DNA of 64,000 nt from contig NC_086108.1 in assembly GCF_963921235.1 (NCBI RefSeq), positions 47,370,001-47,434,000 on the forward strand. The letters run 5' to 3'. Within the stretch, counting starts at the first letter, position 1. Every line of letters starts with the position of its first letter. Origin of the DNA: Mobula hypostoma. Taxonomy: Eukaryota. Positions 50,841-62,499 of this stretch are shown piece after piece. A model generated the notes under the pieces. The model searched no databases, had not been told where the DNA came from, and was given only the letters and a program-made list of their open reading frames with translations. A program made the position numbers and the translations under genes.

Positions 50841-52769
50841 TCGAAATCATTTGAAGATAGTATTTTTAAACATGATTTTATTATGATCATTGTACTTGTA
50901 GTTTTATGGAGTATGACTTAGGAATTTAAGATGAAATTCTGGACTTTCAGTCAACTACACAAGCTGCAGTAGCTGATGTTTCTGTCTATGTCACAGCTTC
51001 TGCCAAAGACAATTTCATCTGTGTTTAAATATATCTGGTAATTGGAAGTATTTCAAGGCAATTGAAATAGATTTAAGTAAATAATATTTTAAAATTAAAA
51101 GGTCATAAATATTTTTAAACACATTCAACAGACATTATTCATTGAAATTTTAAAAGGCCAAATCACCTATTTTCAACATTCTGATCTGTAAATTCACATT
51201 AGAAATCTCAATCAATGCTAACATAAAACTCATGAACCAGATACAAAGACTATCTGGTCACTCAGCAAAGCATGTCAGCGCTGTCTCTCTGGAATCAGTG
51301 ATGACCAACAGTGGAGAGGAAGGTCAGGTCACCAGCATCTCACCTTCAGCCCATTACATATTTCATTGCTGACTCAAACAGTATTGTCAGCTGACAGTTC
51401 TCTCCAAAACCACTGGTTGTAGTGGAGTGTCATCTGAGCCATTGACATAAGGGTAGATAGTGATTTGCTTAATATCTGATAGTTTCAAAGCAAAGGTCAC
51501 ATTACACAACCCACCGTTTGAGACTAGCTCCTTGCAGATAGCAGTATATTCACCTCCAACATTTCTGATGAATTTTGCTGTCAGCCAGTAAAACTCTCTG
51601 ATACATGCAGTAAATTTGGCAAGCATCAGCATAAAAAAAGTCACAAGTGCGGGCATTTCTCCAAACGTTTAAAAGAGTAAGGAAGTACGAGAGGCCCAAG
51701 GTCACAAACTTATCAATCACCCCTGATACTTTACAATGTGAATTGCTTCTGCTAACTTGGCTCAGATATTACCAGTTTAACACATCTTGCTGTGAAATGG
51801 AATGTTGGTGGCAAAACCCCAGTCACCGTTGGCAAGATTATTACATACATCTGGAACAATAAATTATCAAACTGATCAATGTGCAAAGACCAGACTCATG
51901 TCTGTATCATCTTAAGACTGTAAAAGCAGTGTTACATTTCAAACTCAATGCAAATGGAGTCATTTTGCGGTATTATTAAGAACCTCAGTGCAATAAATTA
52001 CGTCACATCATCCATTAAGATCTCAGATATCCTTATACATTCATGAAGTCTGCTGATCTCCTCATATAAACAGCATGAGCTATTAGAAAATAATTATCAA
52101 AGAGCTGTGCCTGTTATCTTTGGTGTCAACATTTATTTTCTCCATATATGAAAATGAAATTGCAGAGAACACACTGACACCCATTGAAAATAATAGCTCT
52201 GTTCATCTTCCCTGACAACCATATCTATTTTGGAGATTAGTATGTTTCATTCAACAGAATGATTTTTCAGTTGTACTTATTGAGGAATAGAAAGTAGTTA
52301 CTTTGCAACTAACCACATCTGCTAAAATGGTTGTATCATTAGTTTTCTTAAATTAGAGACTATGTCACAGTGATAATTGTGAATATTGTATTTCTCACAT
52401 CATTAAAATACCATACATTATACAACTTTGTTTCCTAATATTTTGCCTATATATTAAGGGAAAATGGATGAATAGTTGAAAATCTTGTATAATTTGTGAT
52501 GAGCAACTTAAACTAAAGGATATTAAACATCTGAATTAATTCTCCTATTTTATAACATTGACAATCCTGTACATAGACAAATGGAACTCAATAATTGTTC
52601 CAGTGCAAAGAAAAAACAGGTGCAAAAGAATAAAAAGGGAGTTAGTGGACATGTGAGTGAGAGTATGTTGAAGGGCCAGCAGGAAATAGGGAATGGGGCT
52701 TATGGAGGTTTTGACAGTCAGTCCTTCTGGATCGATGCTGACTTGCTTCCACGGTGGTTTCTAAGGTGA

Positions 52770-53700
52770 CAAGTGAAGGGAGCATAGAAACCCCAGACTA
52801 CTCCACAGATGGTGCAGGCATTGGCTGACAGGGCAGTCAGTAGGTGGGAGCCACTGGGTGTCCATGACACATGGACTTTCAGTCCCTCGAAATGCTCTAC
52901 GTAGACCAGGCATTCCCTGGGGTCAGTGGGATGTTACATTTCTTCAAGGAATCTCTGAGTATATCCTTGAACATTTCCCTCTACCCACCTGCCAAATTCT
53001 CCCTGTGATAGAACTTGGAATAGAAGATGTGTGTTCCGGTATAGTTACTGGGGATGTTGGTCTGGGACAGCACATTCAAGAAATTCTGGTGAACTTCAAA
53101 GACATTGAGGGTGCAGCATTGGTGGTACATTTCCAGTGCTTTGAGGTGCTGGTGCATGTAAATCAGATCATAGAGGCATGTGGAGGGCAGTGATTGCCAG
53201 GCATTTGTGTTTGTGGCAGGTCTGAAGTCATGATCTTCAAATACCCTCTCCTTCAAGAGACTATCGATGTCTGCCCTTGTTTACTCTTGGCCTGAGAGTT
53301 GGGACGTGGTCCAGGATTTCCAAGGACTCACCATAAATCTTTCTACTGTTATAGGGCAGAGAGCTGCAGCAAGGGCAGATTGGCAGGGAACTTCCCTCTC
53401 GTATGCTTCAGTAAAAGTACTGATGATGGCTTGGAGCTCGGACTTGAGTGTGCAAAAATGTGAGTGTTAGCTGCATGCACCAGCTTGACTACAGAGATTT
53501 GGGTGGCCTTGTTTCTGAAGTAGAGTCAGCAGTTGTTAAACAGCTTCCCATCAGCTCAGAACACTGGCTGTGAAATTTATTGATGAGATGCAACATTCTG
53601 TCAAAAAAGATCAAGAGCAATTACTTGGCCTTTCTTGACTTTGGTCCTCCCTGAGAATGGTTCAATCATTAACCTGTTGGTCAATACCTGGTTGGCATGC
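52770..53700 (-). mobile_element. RTE-clade LINE C-terminal remnant
   Basis: rc reads like ..AGG.RE.FKDIL.DSLKKCNIP.DP.E; ERVFEDHD..ALEMYHQCC in ORF 52981-53256. Confidence 0.65.
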
Positions 53701-54039
53701 CATTGGGTTTAGATATGCACCGGGAGCCAGGATCGGGAGCATGTGCCAAAGTGTGGATATGTATAGACATGTGGCAGGAGTTGGGTTCAAGGATAGAGTA
53801 AGATGTCTGTCTGCAGTAATAGATGTCAGTGTTTAGTATGCAGACAGAGAAAGGAGTCATGGACATGGTTGGAGCTAGAAAGTGGAAATGAGTCCTTATT
53901 CATAGTTACACTTGGAAACAGTAGTAAGGAAGCTGGGAAGGAATCAGTGGCCCAAAGGTCCCTGAGTTTGAGAACCCACGTTGGTATATGTGTAGGAGCA
54001 AGCATGTCCATGCCAGACATGATTTACACATGCATACAT

Positions 54040-54620
54040 TAAACTGTGAGCATTAATACCCATGCAGCAGAGCCTGGTCTCCAGTCAATTTGGGCTCCCT
54101 TGCCAATTTATCAAGACCTTGCTCTAGGTGGCAGTCAGTACGCAACTGCTACTCTATGTTAAAAGAACCACCCACAGGCATTTGCCATCCCATAGCTTGA
54201 AACTGAGATCTGGAATGTCAGAACCCTCATAAAGAAACTCAACAGTAATAAATCTGAACACCACTCTACAATCCAACTTGGGAAGTCAAACTCACTGACA
54301 TTAATATTGCTGTACCTGATGAAACAAGATAGGAATGAGATGGCCAGTTGAAAGAATAAGGCAGTGGGCAAACCTTCTTCTGCAGAGCCAGACAGGAAGA
54401 AGAATGTCATCTTCACAGAATAAACGTTGCCATCAAAAATAATGAGGTCCAGTATCTCAGTGACTCGTCCAAGTCCAAGGAGGACTTCTTCTTCAATCTT
54501 GAGAGCACACTGATCCAAATCCCGAAGACAGACAGATTGTTCCACCTGTATGACTTCAGTGCCTGCATGCAAAGGGAGTCATCACACTGGCAAGGTGTGA
54601 TTGACATGGAAAGAGTGGGG
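54040..54620 (+). mobile_element. RTE-clade LINE 5' UTR and APE endonuclease N-terminus remnant
   Basis: tggaatgtcagaaccctc (WNVRTL), gacattaatattgctg (DINIA), gccatcaaaaat (AIKN), gacttcagtgcc (DF.A). Confidence 0.6.
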
Positions 54621-55756
54621 AGGGGTATGTCCAAAGGATTCTTCTCTTTAGAAAATTCATCAATAAGACAAACATAAGATATCATGGCAACACCTCCACC
54701 TCCTTCCATGTATTGGCACCTGTTGGTTTCAGTCACAAAGGGATTGGTCTGTTGAGATCTGCCATAGATCCAGTGGGTCAAATGGGCCTATCTGAATTGT
54801 AATTACTGCTCTTCCCTAATTACTCGGTGGATAAATCAGAGCCCAATGTGAATCTATGTCGGACAGATGAAAATCCAAAATCTGTTTTCCTAATCTGTCC
54901 TTTTGGCCATTGCTGGTCTCTCAAAATTTAACCCCAGTTTCTTGAAGCGTCATGGTCTCCTCATTACATAATCCCTTCTTCAACATAACTGATCAGACTG
55001 CAGAGTTACAGCACAGAATTTCAGAGTGCAGAAGTAAATTCATTGTACCCACTCAAACGCTTTTTAAAAGCTACCAATTAGTCACAGAGTTCCTGCTTCT
55101 CCTTTGTTCAGCAAAGTCATTATTTTACACCTATACTCCAATATCTTCTTAAGCCACCCGATATAAGACCACAAGACAAAGGAGCAGAGTTAGGCCATTC
55201 GGCCCATTGAGCATACTTCATCATTCCACCATGGCTGATTTATTATCCCATTCATCCTCATTCTCCCGTCTTCTTTCCATAACCTTTGATGCCCTGACTA
55301 ATCAAGAACCGATCAAACTCTGCTTTAAATATACTCAGTAACATGGCATCCACAGCTCCCTGTGGCAATGAATTTCACAGATTCACTACCCTCTGGCAAA
55401 AGAATTCTTCCTCATCTCTGTTCCAGTCTGAGGCTCTGACCTCTGATCTTAGACTGAGCCACTATTGGAAACATCCTCCCGACATCTGCTCTATCCGGAC
55501 CTATTAATATTCAATAGGTTTCAATGGGATCCCCCCTCATTCTTCTGAATTCCAGCAGGTACAAGCCTGAAATCAACAAACACGCCTCATTTGTTAACCC
55601 TTTCATTCCCAGAATCACTCTCAAGAATTTCCTCTGGACCCTCTCCTATGCCACCACATCTTTTCTAAGATAAAGGGCCCAAAACCGCTCACAATACTCC
55701 AAGTGCAGACTGACCTTATAAAGCCTCAGCATCACATCCTTGCTCTTATATTCTAG

Positions 55757-57221
55757 GCAACACTCACAGTACGCTGGAGGAACTCAGCAGGTTGGGCAGC
55801 ATCAGTGGAGACGATGAGTCGACGTTTCGGGCCGGAACCCTTCGACAGGACTGAAGAATGAAGGGGGGGAAGGATCTGAAGAATGCTTGTAGGTTTGACT
55901 GAAAGACCAGTAATTTGAAAGACAAAGGGGTGGGGGAGGGGAAGCATCGACGTCATAGGCAGGAAAACAATGGGTAGTAGAAGGAGGCGGAACCATGAGG
56001 GCGGTTAGAGGCAGCTGGGGGAGGGGGCAGAGTGAAATAGGGATAGAGGAAGGGAGGGAGAGGGAATTACCTGAAGTTGGAGAATTCTATGTTCATACCA
56101 AGGGGCTGGAGACTACCTAGACGGTATATGAGGTGTTGCTCCTCCAATCTGAGTTTAGCCTCATCATGGCAGTAGAGGAGGCTATGTATGGACATATCTG
56201 AATGGGAATGGGAAGCAGAGTTAAAGTGGGTGGCTACCGGGAGATCCTGTCTGTTGTGGCGGACGGAGTGGAGGTGCTTGACGAAGCGGTCCCCCAATCT
56301 ACGTCGGGTTTCACCGATGTAGAGGAGGCCGCACCGGGAGCACCGGATGCAATAGATGACCCCAACAGACTCACAAGTGAAGTGTTGCCTCACCTGGAAG
56401 GGCTGTTTGGGGTCCTGAATGGTGGCAAGAGAGGAGGTGTAGGGACTGGCGTAGCACTTACGCTTACAGGGATAAGTGCTGGGTGGGAGATCCGTGGGGA
56501 TGGACGTGCGGATAAGGGAGTTGCGGAGGGACCGATCTCTGCGGAAAGCGGAGAGGGGTGGAGAGGGAAAGATGTGCTTTGTGGTGGGGTCCTGTTGAAT
56601 GTGGCGGAAGTTGTGGAGGATAATGTGCTGGATCCGGAGGCTGGTGGGGTGGTAGGTGAGGACAAGGGGAACTCTGTCCCTGTTGTGGTGGCGGGAGGAT
56701 GGGGTGAGGGCCGAAGTGCGGGAAATGGAGGAGATGCGGGTGAGGGCATCATTGATGACGGTAGAAGGGAAACCACGATCCTTAAAGAAAGAGGACATTT
56801 GAGATGTCCTGGAACGGAAAACCTCATCCTCGGAGCAGATGTGGCGGAGACGGAGGAACTAGGAATAGGGAATGGCATTTTTGCATGTGGCGGGGTGGGA
56901 AAAGGTATAGTCGAGGTAGTTATGAGAGTCAGTGGGCTTGTAGAAGATGTCAGTGGACAGTCTGTCTCCAGAGATGGAGACCGAGACATCGAGAAAGGGG
57001 AGAGAAGTGTCCAAGATAGACCAAGTGAATTTGAGTGCTGGGTGGAAGTTTGAAGTAAAGTCGATGGAATTGACAAGCTCAGCATGGGTGCAGGAAGCAG
57101 CACCAATGTAGTCGTCAATGTACCAAAGGAAAAGTTGGGGAGCAGTACCAGAATAGGTTTGGAGCACAGACTGTTCCACATAACCAACGAAGAGACAGGC
57201 GTAGCTGGGTCCCATGCGAGT
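55757..57221 (-). mobile_element. Young 5'-truncated PLE inserted in CR1
   Basis: 13-bp TSD tcttatattctag at 55744-55756 and 57222-57234; hammerhead 55817-55852 with CTGTCGA core substitution. Confidence 0.96.
56067..57215 (-). pseudogene. PLE RT (C-terminal half) plus GIY-YIG ORF with a single in-frame TAG
   Basis: ORFs 56859-57215 (MGPSYACLF..WYIDDYIG..FYKPTD) and 56067-56798 (VIYCIRCSRCGLLYIGET) are in the same frame, split by TAG at 56859-56861 where the family has Q. Confidence 0.92.
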
Positions 57222-58492
57222 TCTTATATTCTAGTCCTCTTGAAATAATTGCTAACATTGCATTTGCCTTGCATACCACCAACTCAACCTGCAAGTCAAT
57301 CATTAAGGAATCCAGCACAAGTACTGCTAAGTCCCTTTGCACCTCTGCTCTTTGAATTTTCTCTCCATTTAGAAAATAGTCTACGCCTTTATTCCCTCTA
57401 CCGAAGTGCATGACCATACAATTCCCTACACTATATTCCATCTGCCACTTCTTTGCTCATTCTCCCAATCTGTCCAAGTCCTTCTGCAAATTCCTTGCTT
57501 CCTCATCACTACTTGCCCATCCACCTATCTTCCTGTTGTCCGCAAACTCGGCGACAAAGCTATCAGTTTCGTCATCCCAGTCATTCACATATATAACATG
57601 AAAGGAAGCAGGCCCAACATCAACCCCTGCAAAACACCATGAGTCACCAGCAGCCAACCAGAAAAGGCTCCCTTTATTCCCACCCTTTGCCTCCTGCCAG
57701 TCAGCTAATCTCCTATCCATGCTACTATCTTTCCTGTAATATCACGGGCTCTTATCTTGCTGAGCAACCTCACATGCAGCACTTTGTCACAGGACTTCTG
57801 AAAATCCAAGTAAGCAGCATCCACTGACTCTCCTTTGTTTATCCTGCCTGTTATTTGCTCAGAGAATTCCAACAGATTTGTCAGGGAATATCATCCCTTA
57901 AGAAAACCATGCTGACTTTGGCCTATTTTATCATGTACCTCGAAGTACCCCTAAACCACATCCATAATAATGGATTCCAGCAACTTTCCAACCACTAAAG
58001 TCAGGCTAATTAGCCCATAATTTCTTTTCCTCTGCCTCACTTCCTTCATAAAGAATGGAGTGACATTTGCAACTTTCCTGTACTCCAGAACCATTCCAGA
58101 ATCTGGTTATTCTTGAAAGATCTTTACTAATATCTCAATAATCTCTTCAGCTACCTCTTTCAGAACCTTGGGGGGGCACACCATCTGGTCTAGGTGATGT
58201 ATCTACCTTCAGACCTTTCATCTTCCCAAGTACCTTCTCCTTAGTAATAGCAACAACATTCACTTCTGCCTCTGATGCTCTCAAAATTTTGACATCGTGC
58301 TTGCGTCTTCCGTCATGAAGGCTGCTGTAAAATACATTAATTTCATTCACCATTTCATTGTCTCCTATTGTTACCTCTCCAGCATCATTTTCTAGTGGTC
58401 CAATGTCCACTCTCACCTCACTTTTACTCTGTATATATATGAAAATTTTTTTGATATCCTCCTTGATATTATTGGATTATTTATCTTCATAT

Positions 58493-58801
58493 ATGGTGTT
58501 GGCGCGTGACCAAGTGGTTAAGGCGTTCATCTAGTGATCTGAAGGTCGCTAGTTCGAGCCTTGGCTGAGGCAATGTGTGTGTCCCTGAGCAAGGCACTTA
58601 ACCACACATTGCTCTGCGATGACACCGTTGCCAAGCTGTATGGGTCCTAATGCCCTTCCCTTGGACAACGTCGGTGGCGTGGAGAGGGGAGACTTGCAGT
58701 ATGGGCAACTGCTGGTTCCATACAACCTTACCCAGGTCTGCGCCCCGGAAACCTTCCAAGGCACAAATCCATGGTCTCATGAGACTAACGGATGCCTATA
58801 A
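58493..58801 (+). mobile_element. tRNA-derived SINE, family A (second copy)
   Basis: 10-bp TSD atcttcatat at 58483-58492 and 58802-58811; A box tgaccaagtgg, B box gttcgagcc; collinear with 46515-46826. Confidence 0.9.
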
Positions 58802-59764
58802 ATCTTCATATTCCATCTTTCCTTCTGTTTGTATAACTGTGCACTTGTAATGCTACTGTAACACTGCAATTTCCTTTGGGATCAATAAAGTATCTACCTA
58901 TTTATTTTTTCTCCTTCTGGCCTTTTTATTTATCTTCCATTGGTTTTTAATACTTCATACTTTGTACTTTATAGTCGCCAAACAATTGGTACTAGAACGT
59001 ACAATCATCACAGCAATATTTGATTCTGCACTTCACACTCCCACTATCATAACTTCCTAATCCTCTAACTAACAACTAATTTTTGTCATATTGTAAGTCC
59101 TCCCCTTTGTTTTCATGCTGTCTTTGACTTCCCTTGTCAGCATATTTGCCTCGTCCTCCCTTAAGAACACATCTTCATCTATGGAATGTATCTATCCTGC
59201 ACCTTCCAAATTGCTCCCAAAAAATACTGGCCATTATTGTTCTGCTGTCATCCATGCTTGTGCCCCCTTCCAATCAACTTTGATCAGCTCCCCTCTCATG
59301 CCTCTGTAATTCCCTTTACTCAGCTGTAATACTGATACATCTAACTTTACCTTCTCCCTCTGAAATTGCAGGGTGAATTGTATCATATTATGATCACTGG
59401 CTCCAAAGGCCTCCTTTACCTTAAGCTCCTTAATCAAATCACCAAATCATTAAACAACATCAAATCCAGAAATGCCTTTCTCCTAATGGGCTCAACCACA
59501 AGCTTCTCTGTAAAGCCATCTTGATGACATTCTACACATTCCCTCTCTTGGGATACTGCACCAACCTGTTTTTCCCAATTTACCTGCATATTGAAATCAC
59601 TCATTACTATCATAACATTGCCCTTTTTACATATTTTTTCTATCTCCTGTTGTAATTTGGATCCCACGTCCTGGCAACTATTTGGAGGCCTGTATAAAAA
59701 TCCCATCAAAGTCTTTTTACACTTGCAGTTTCTTAACTTTACCCCCAAGTATTCTATTCTATTT

Positions 59765-59944
59765 GGGCTGGCTAGTGGTGTAGTGGCATCAGCACTGGAC
59801 TTCAAGGCAGATGGTCCTGAGTTCAAACCCAGCCAGGTCCCAACCCAGGCAGCAGCCATCTACTTCCATATCTTGCCATGAAAACCCTATGGACCCTATG
59901 ATCCATGAGGTCAGAAAGAGTCGGACTTGACTTAATGACTGATA
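59765..59944 (+). mobile_element. Short tRNA-derived SINE, family B, with BovB/RTE-type tail
   Basis: A box tggtgtagtgg, B box gttcaaacc; tail gaaaaccctatggac..tccatgaggtcagaaagagtcggacttgacttaatgactga; interrupts the CR1 endonuclease region. Confidence 0.8.
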
Positions 59945-61394
59945 AATTCCATATCTTCAGATTCTCTGTTACCTCTTTCTAAGCATTTGATTTCATTTTT
60001 TACCAAGAGAGCCACCCACCCCCTCTGCTTACCTGCCTGTCCTTTCGATACAATGTGTATCCTTGGATGCCAAACTCCCAACTATTACCTTCTTTCAGCT
60101 ATATCCCAGTGGTATCTGCCAATCTCTAATTTTGATACTAGATCACCTACCTTATTCCATATACTGTGTGCATTCAAATATTACACTTTCAGTCCTGTAT
60201 TCATCACCCTTTTTGATTTTGCCCCCATGCTACACTTAATCTCGTCCCACTGACTGCAATTTTAGCCTATCATCTGCCTGTCCTGCCTCACAGTCTCAGT
60301 GCACACTGCATCTACTTGTTTGTCCATTGCCCTATCCTCAGTCCTATCATTCTGGTTTTCACCTCCGCCGCCAAATTAGTTTAAACCCTCCCCTATAGCT
60401 CTAGCAAATCTACCCTCAAGGATATTGTTCCCACTCAGGTTCAGGTGTAACCCACCCTTTTTGTACACATCATACCTTCCCCAAAAGTGAGCCCAATGAT
60501 CCAAAGTTCTAAAACCCTGCCCCCACACCAACTCCTCAGCAATGGATTCATCCTGTTCTGACCCTCACTGGTGCATGGCACAGGCAGCAATCCAGGGATT
60601 ATCACACTGGACGACCTACTTTTTAGCTTCCTGCCCAACTTCCTATATTCTCTCTTCAGGGCCTCTTCCCATTTCCTGCCTATGTTGTTGGTACCAATAT
60701 GTAGCACGACTTCTGGCTGTTGGCTCTCCCCCTTTAGAAAGCTGTGGACCCAATCCAAGACTCCCCTGGCACCTGGGAAGCAAAAATACCATTCAGGTAT
60801 CTTTATCATGTCCATTGAATCTCCTGTCTGCTCCCCTAACTATGGAATCCCCTATCACTACTACACTCCTCTCCTGTCATCCTGTCATCTCCCCCCCCTC
60901 ATCCAACAGTATCCAAAGTAGTATATTTATTATTGAGGGGAAGGCCACAGGGATACTCTGCACTAGCTGCCTATTCCCTTTCCCTGTCCTGACAGTCACC
61001 AAGTACCTGCATCCTGCAACTTGGATGTGGTTACCTCTTATCTGTAGCTCCCATCTATCAGCTCCTCATTCTCCAGGATGAGCTGAGGGTCATCAAGCTG
61101 CAGCTCCAGTGCCTCAACATGGTTTCTAAGATGCTGTGGCTTGGTTCACTTTGTGCAGGTGTAGTTATCAGGGAGACTGGAGGTCTTCCAAAGTTTCCAG
61201 ATCTCAAACAAGGAACATACCACTAATTCTGAACCCATTCTCAGTGCACTAGCTATCTGCTAACAGAGAAAAAGAACTTACTAGCATCTTATTTAGAACC
61301 TCCTCCTGTTCTTGCCCAAGTCTGTTGAGCCAAAGCCCGACTACTCTAGCATTGCCCTCCTCCAACAATGGCCACTCTCGCTGTGAAACGGGGA

Positions 61395-61738
61395 CACTTC
61401 TTGTCCCCTTATTAGGGAGAGAGAGCGCCTGTGGTGTGTCGAATACCGGGTGAACAAATAGTCTTTGGGGCACTGCGTCTGTGTCTTTATTGATGCTTTG
61501 CTGCACGCTTGAGTGCTCAGTGGGGAGCGCTTATGCTTTTTTGCTGGTGGGGGAGGGGATTATTGCTTGCTGCTGCTTGTGCATGGGAGGGGGAGCTGGT
61601 GGGAGGGCTTTGGGGGTTCTAACATTTAACTGTCATTCATTCTTTGGGGCACTCTGTTTTTGTGGATGTTTGTGAAGAAAAAGAATTTCAGGGTGTATAT
61701 TGTATAAATTTCTCTGACATTAAATGTACCCATTGAAG
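61395..61738 (+). mobile_element. Rex1-associated 3' UTR/tail fragment
   Basis: Ends gtgaagaaaaagaatttcagggtgtatattgtata..ctgacattaaatgtac, the same tail class as 41286-41350. Confidence 0.55.
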
Positions 61739-61764
61739 AAGCACAATCAAATAAGGCTCAAAAA

Positions 61765-62080
61765 GTGGCATTGCTGTGTCATGGCTCCAGGGCTCAGGGT
61801 TGAATCCTGACTTCTTTGTGGTGTTTGTTCATTCTCACCCTAACTGTGGGGATTTCTTCCAGGTACTGCAGTTTCCTCCTACCTCCCATAGATGCCTGGC
61901 AAGCTAATTAACTACTGTAAATTAACCCTAAGTGGAAGTGGCAGAAGAGTCATGGAAGGATGATGGGCATATGAAATTTAGCCCTGTGAGGGAAACAAGA
62001 GGAGAAAGCAATTGATTGGATTGCTCTGTTGGGAGGTAGTACGGACCTGATAAACCTAATGGCCTTTTCTTGGGTCATAA
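61765..62080 (+). mobile_element. V-domain tRNA SINE (HE1-like), old
   Basis: B box gggttgaatcc; V core gtgtttgttcattctc..ttcttccaggtactgcagtttcctcctac; CR1-like tail aatggccttttct. Confidence 0.7.
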
Positions 62081-62499
62081 TCAAGAATGTAAGCTCTATT
62101 GTCCAATGTCCATCCTGCACCCGGTGGTTCCCTGGTTAATACCTGGTATTGGCTTAGAAGGTTCGGCAGCCTAATTCAGCTGCAAAAAACAACTATTAGG
62201 TCCTGTGGAATGAGTCCGCAAATAAGCTTACTGCATTAATAGAGGGGTTATGTACTAGTCCAATTTTGTCCCCTGGCATACTGGAAATAAAATAGCAGAA
62301 TAATTCGAATGTCTAGTAGAGTGTTGAGGTGGGTCATAACCTGGTAGGTTGCTGATTGTGACCTACACTGATACGGTCTTCCTTCAGCATGCTCACACTG
62401 CATAGTGCCCCCATTGGGGGGAAAAACATTCGGATGCATTCAAATACTGCATGGATTGGCTGGGAATTGTAGAGTTTAGCAAGTCTTGTTTCTGGGGAG

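Larger units (their letters stand above)
55164..61390 (-). mobile_element. Near-full-length CR1 LINE with nested PLE, SINEs and Rex-type tails
   Basis: Tail ataagaccacaagacaaaggagcagag; RT and endonuclease remnants (YRPPNS, DFN..VNWE, GASDHNMIQF); ORF1 SGNH esterase CFPGAR..VVLHIGTNNIG..IIPGLLPVP (60441-60815). Confidence 0.9.

Noticed and set aside
56859..56861. Programmed readthrough or selenocysteine codon in the PLE ORF
   Set aside because: The codon is TAG, not TGA, and the related copy at 16240 has CAG here (ttctcagttc); a simple C-to-T mutation explains it
56202..57187. 283-aa and 265-aa overlapping ORFs
   Set aside because: Antisense and alternate-frame shadows of the GC-rich PLE ORF
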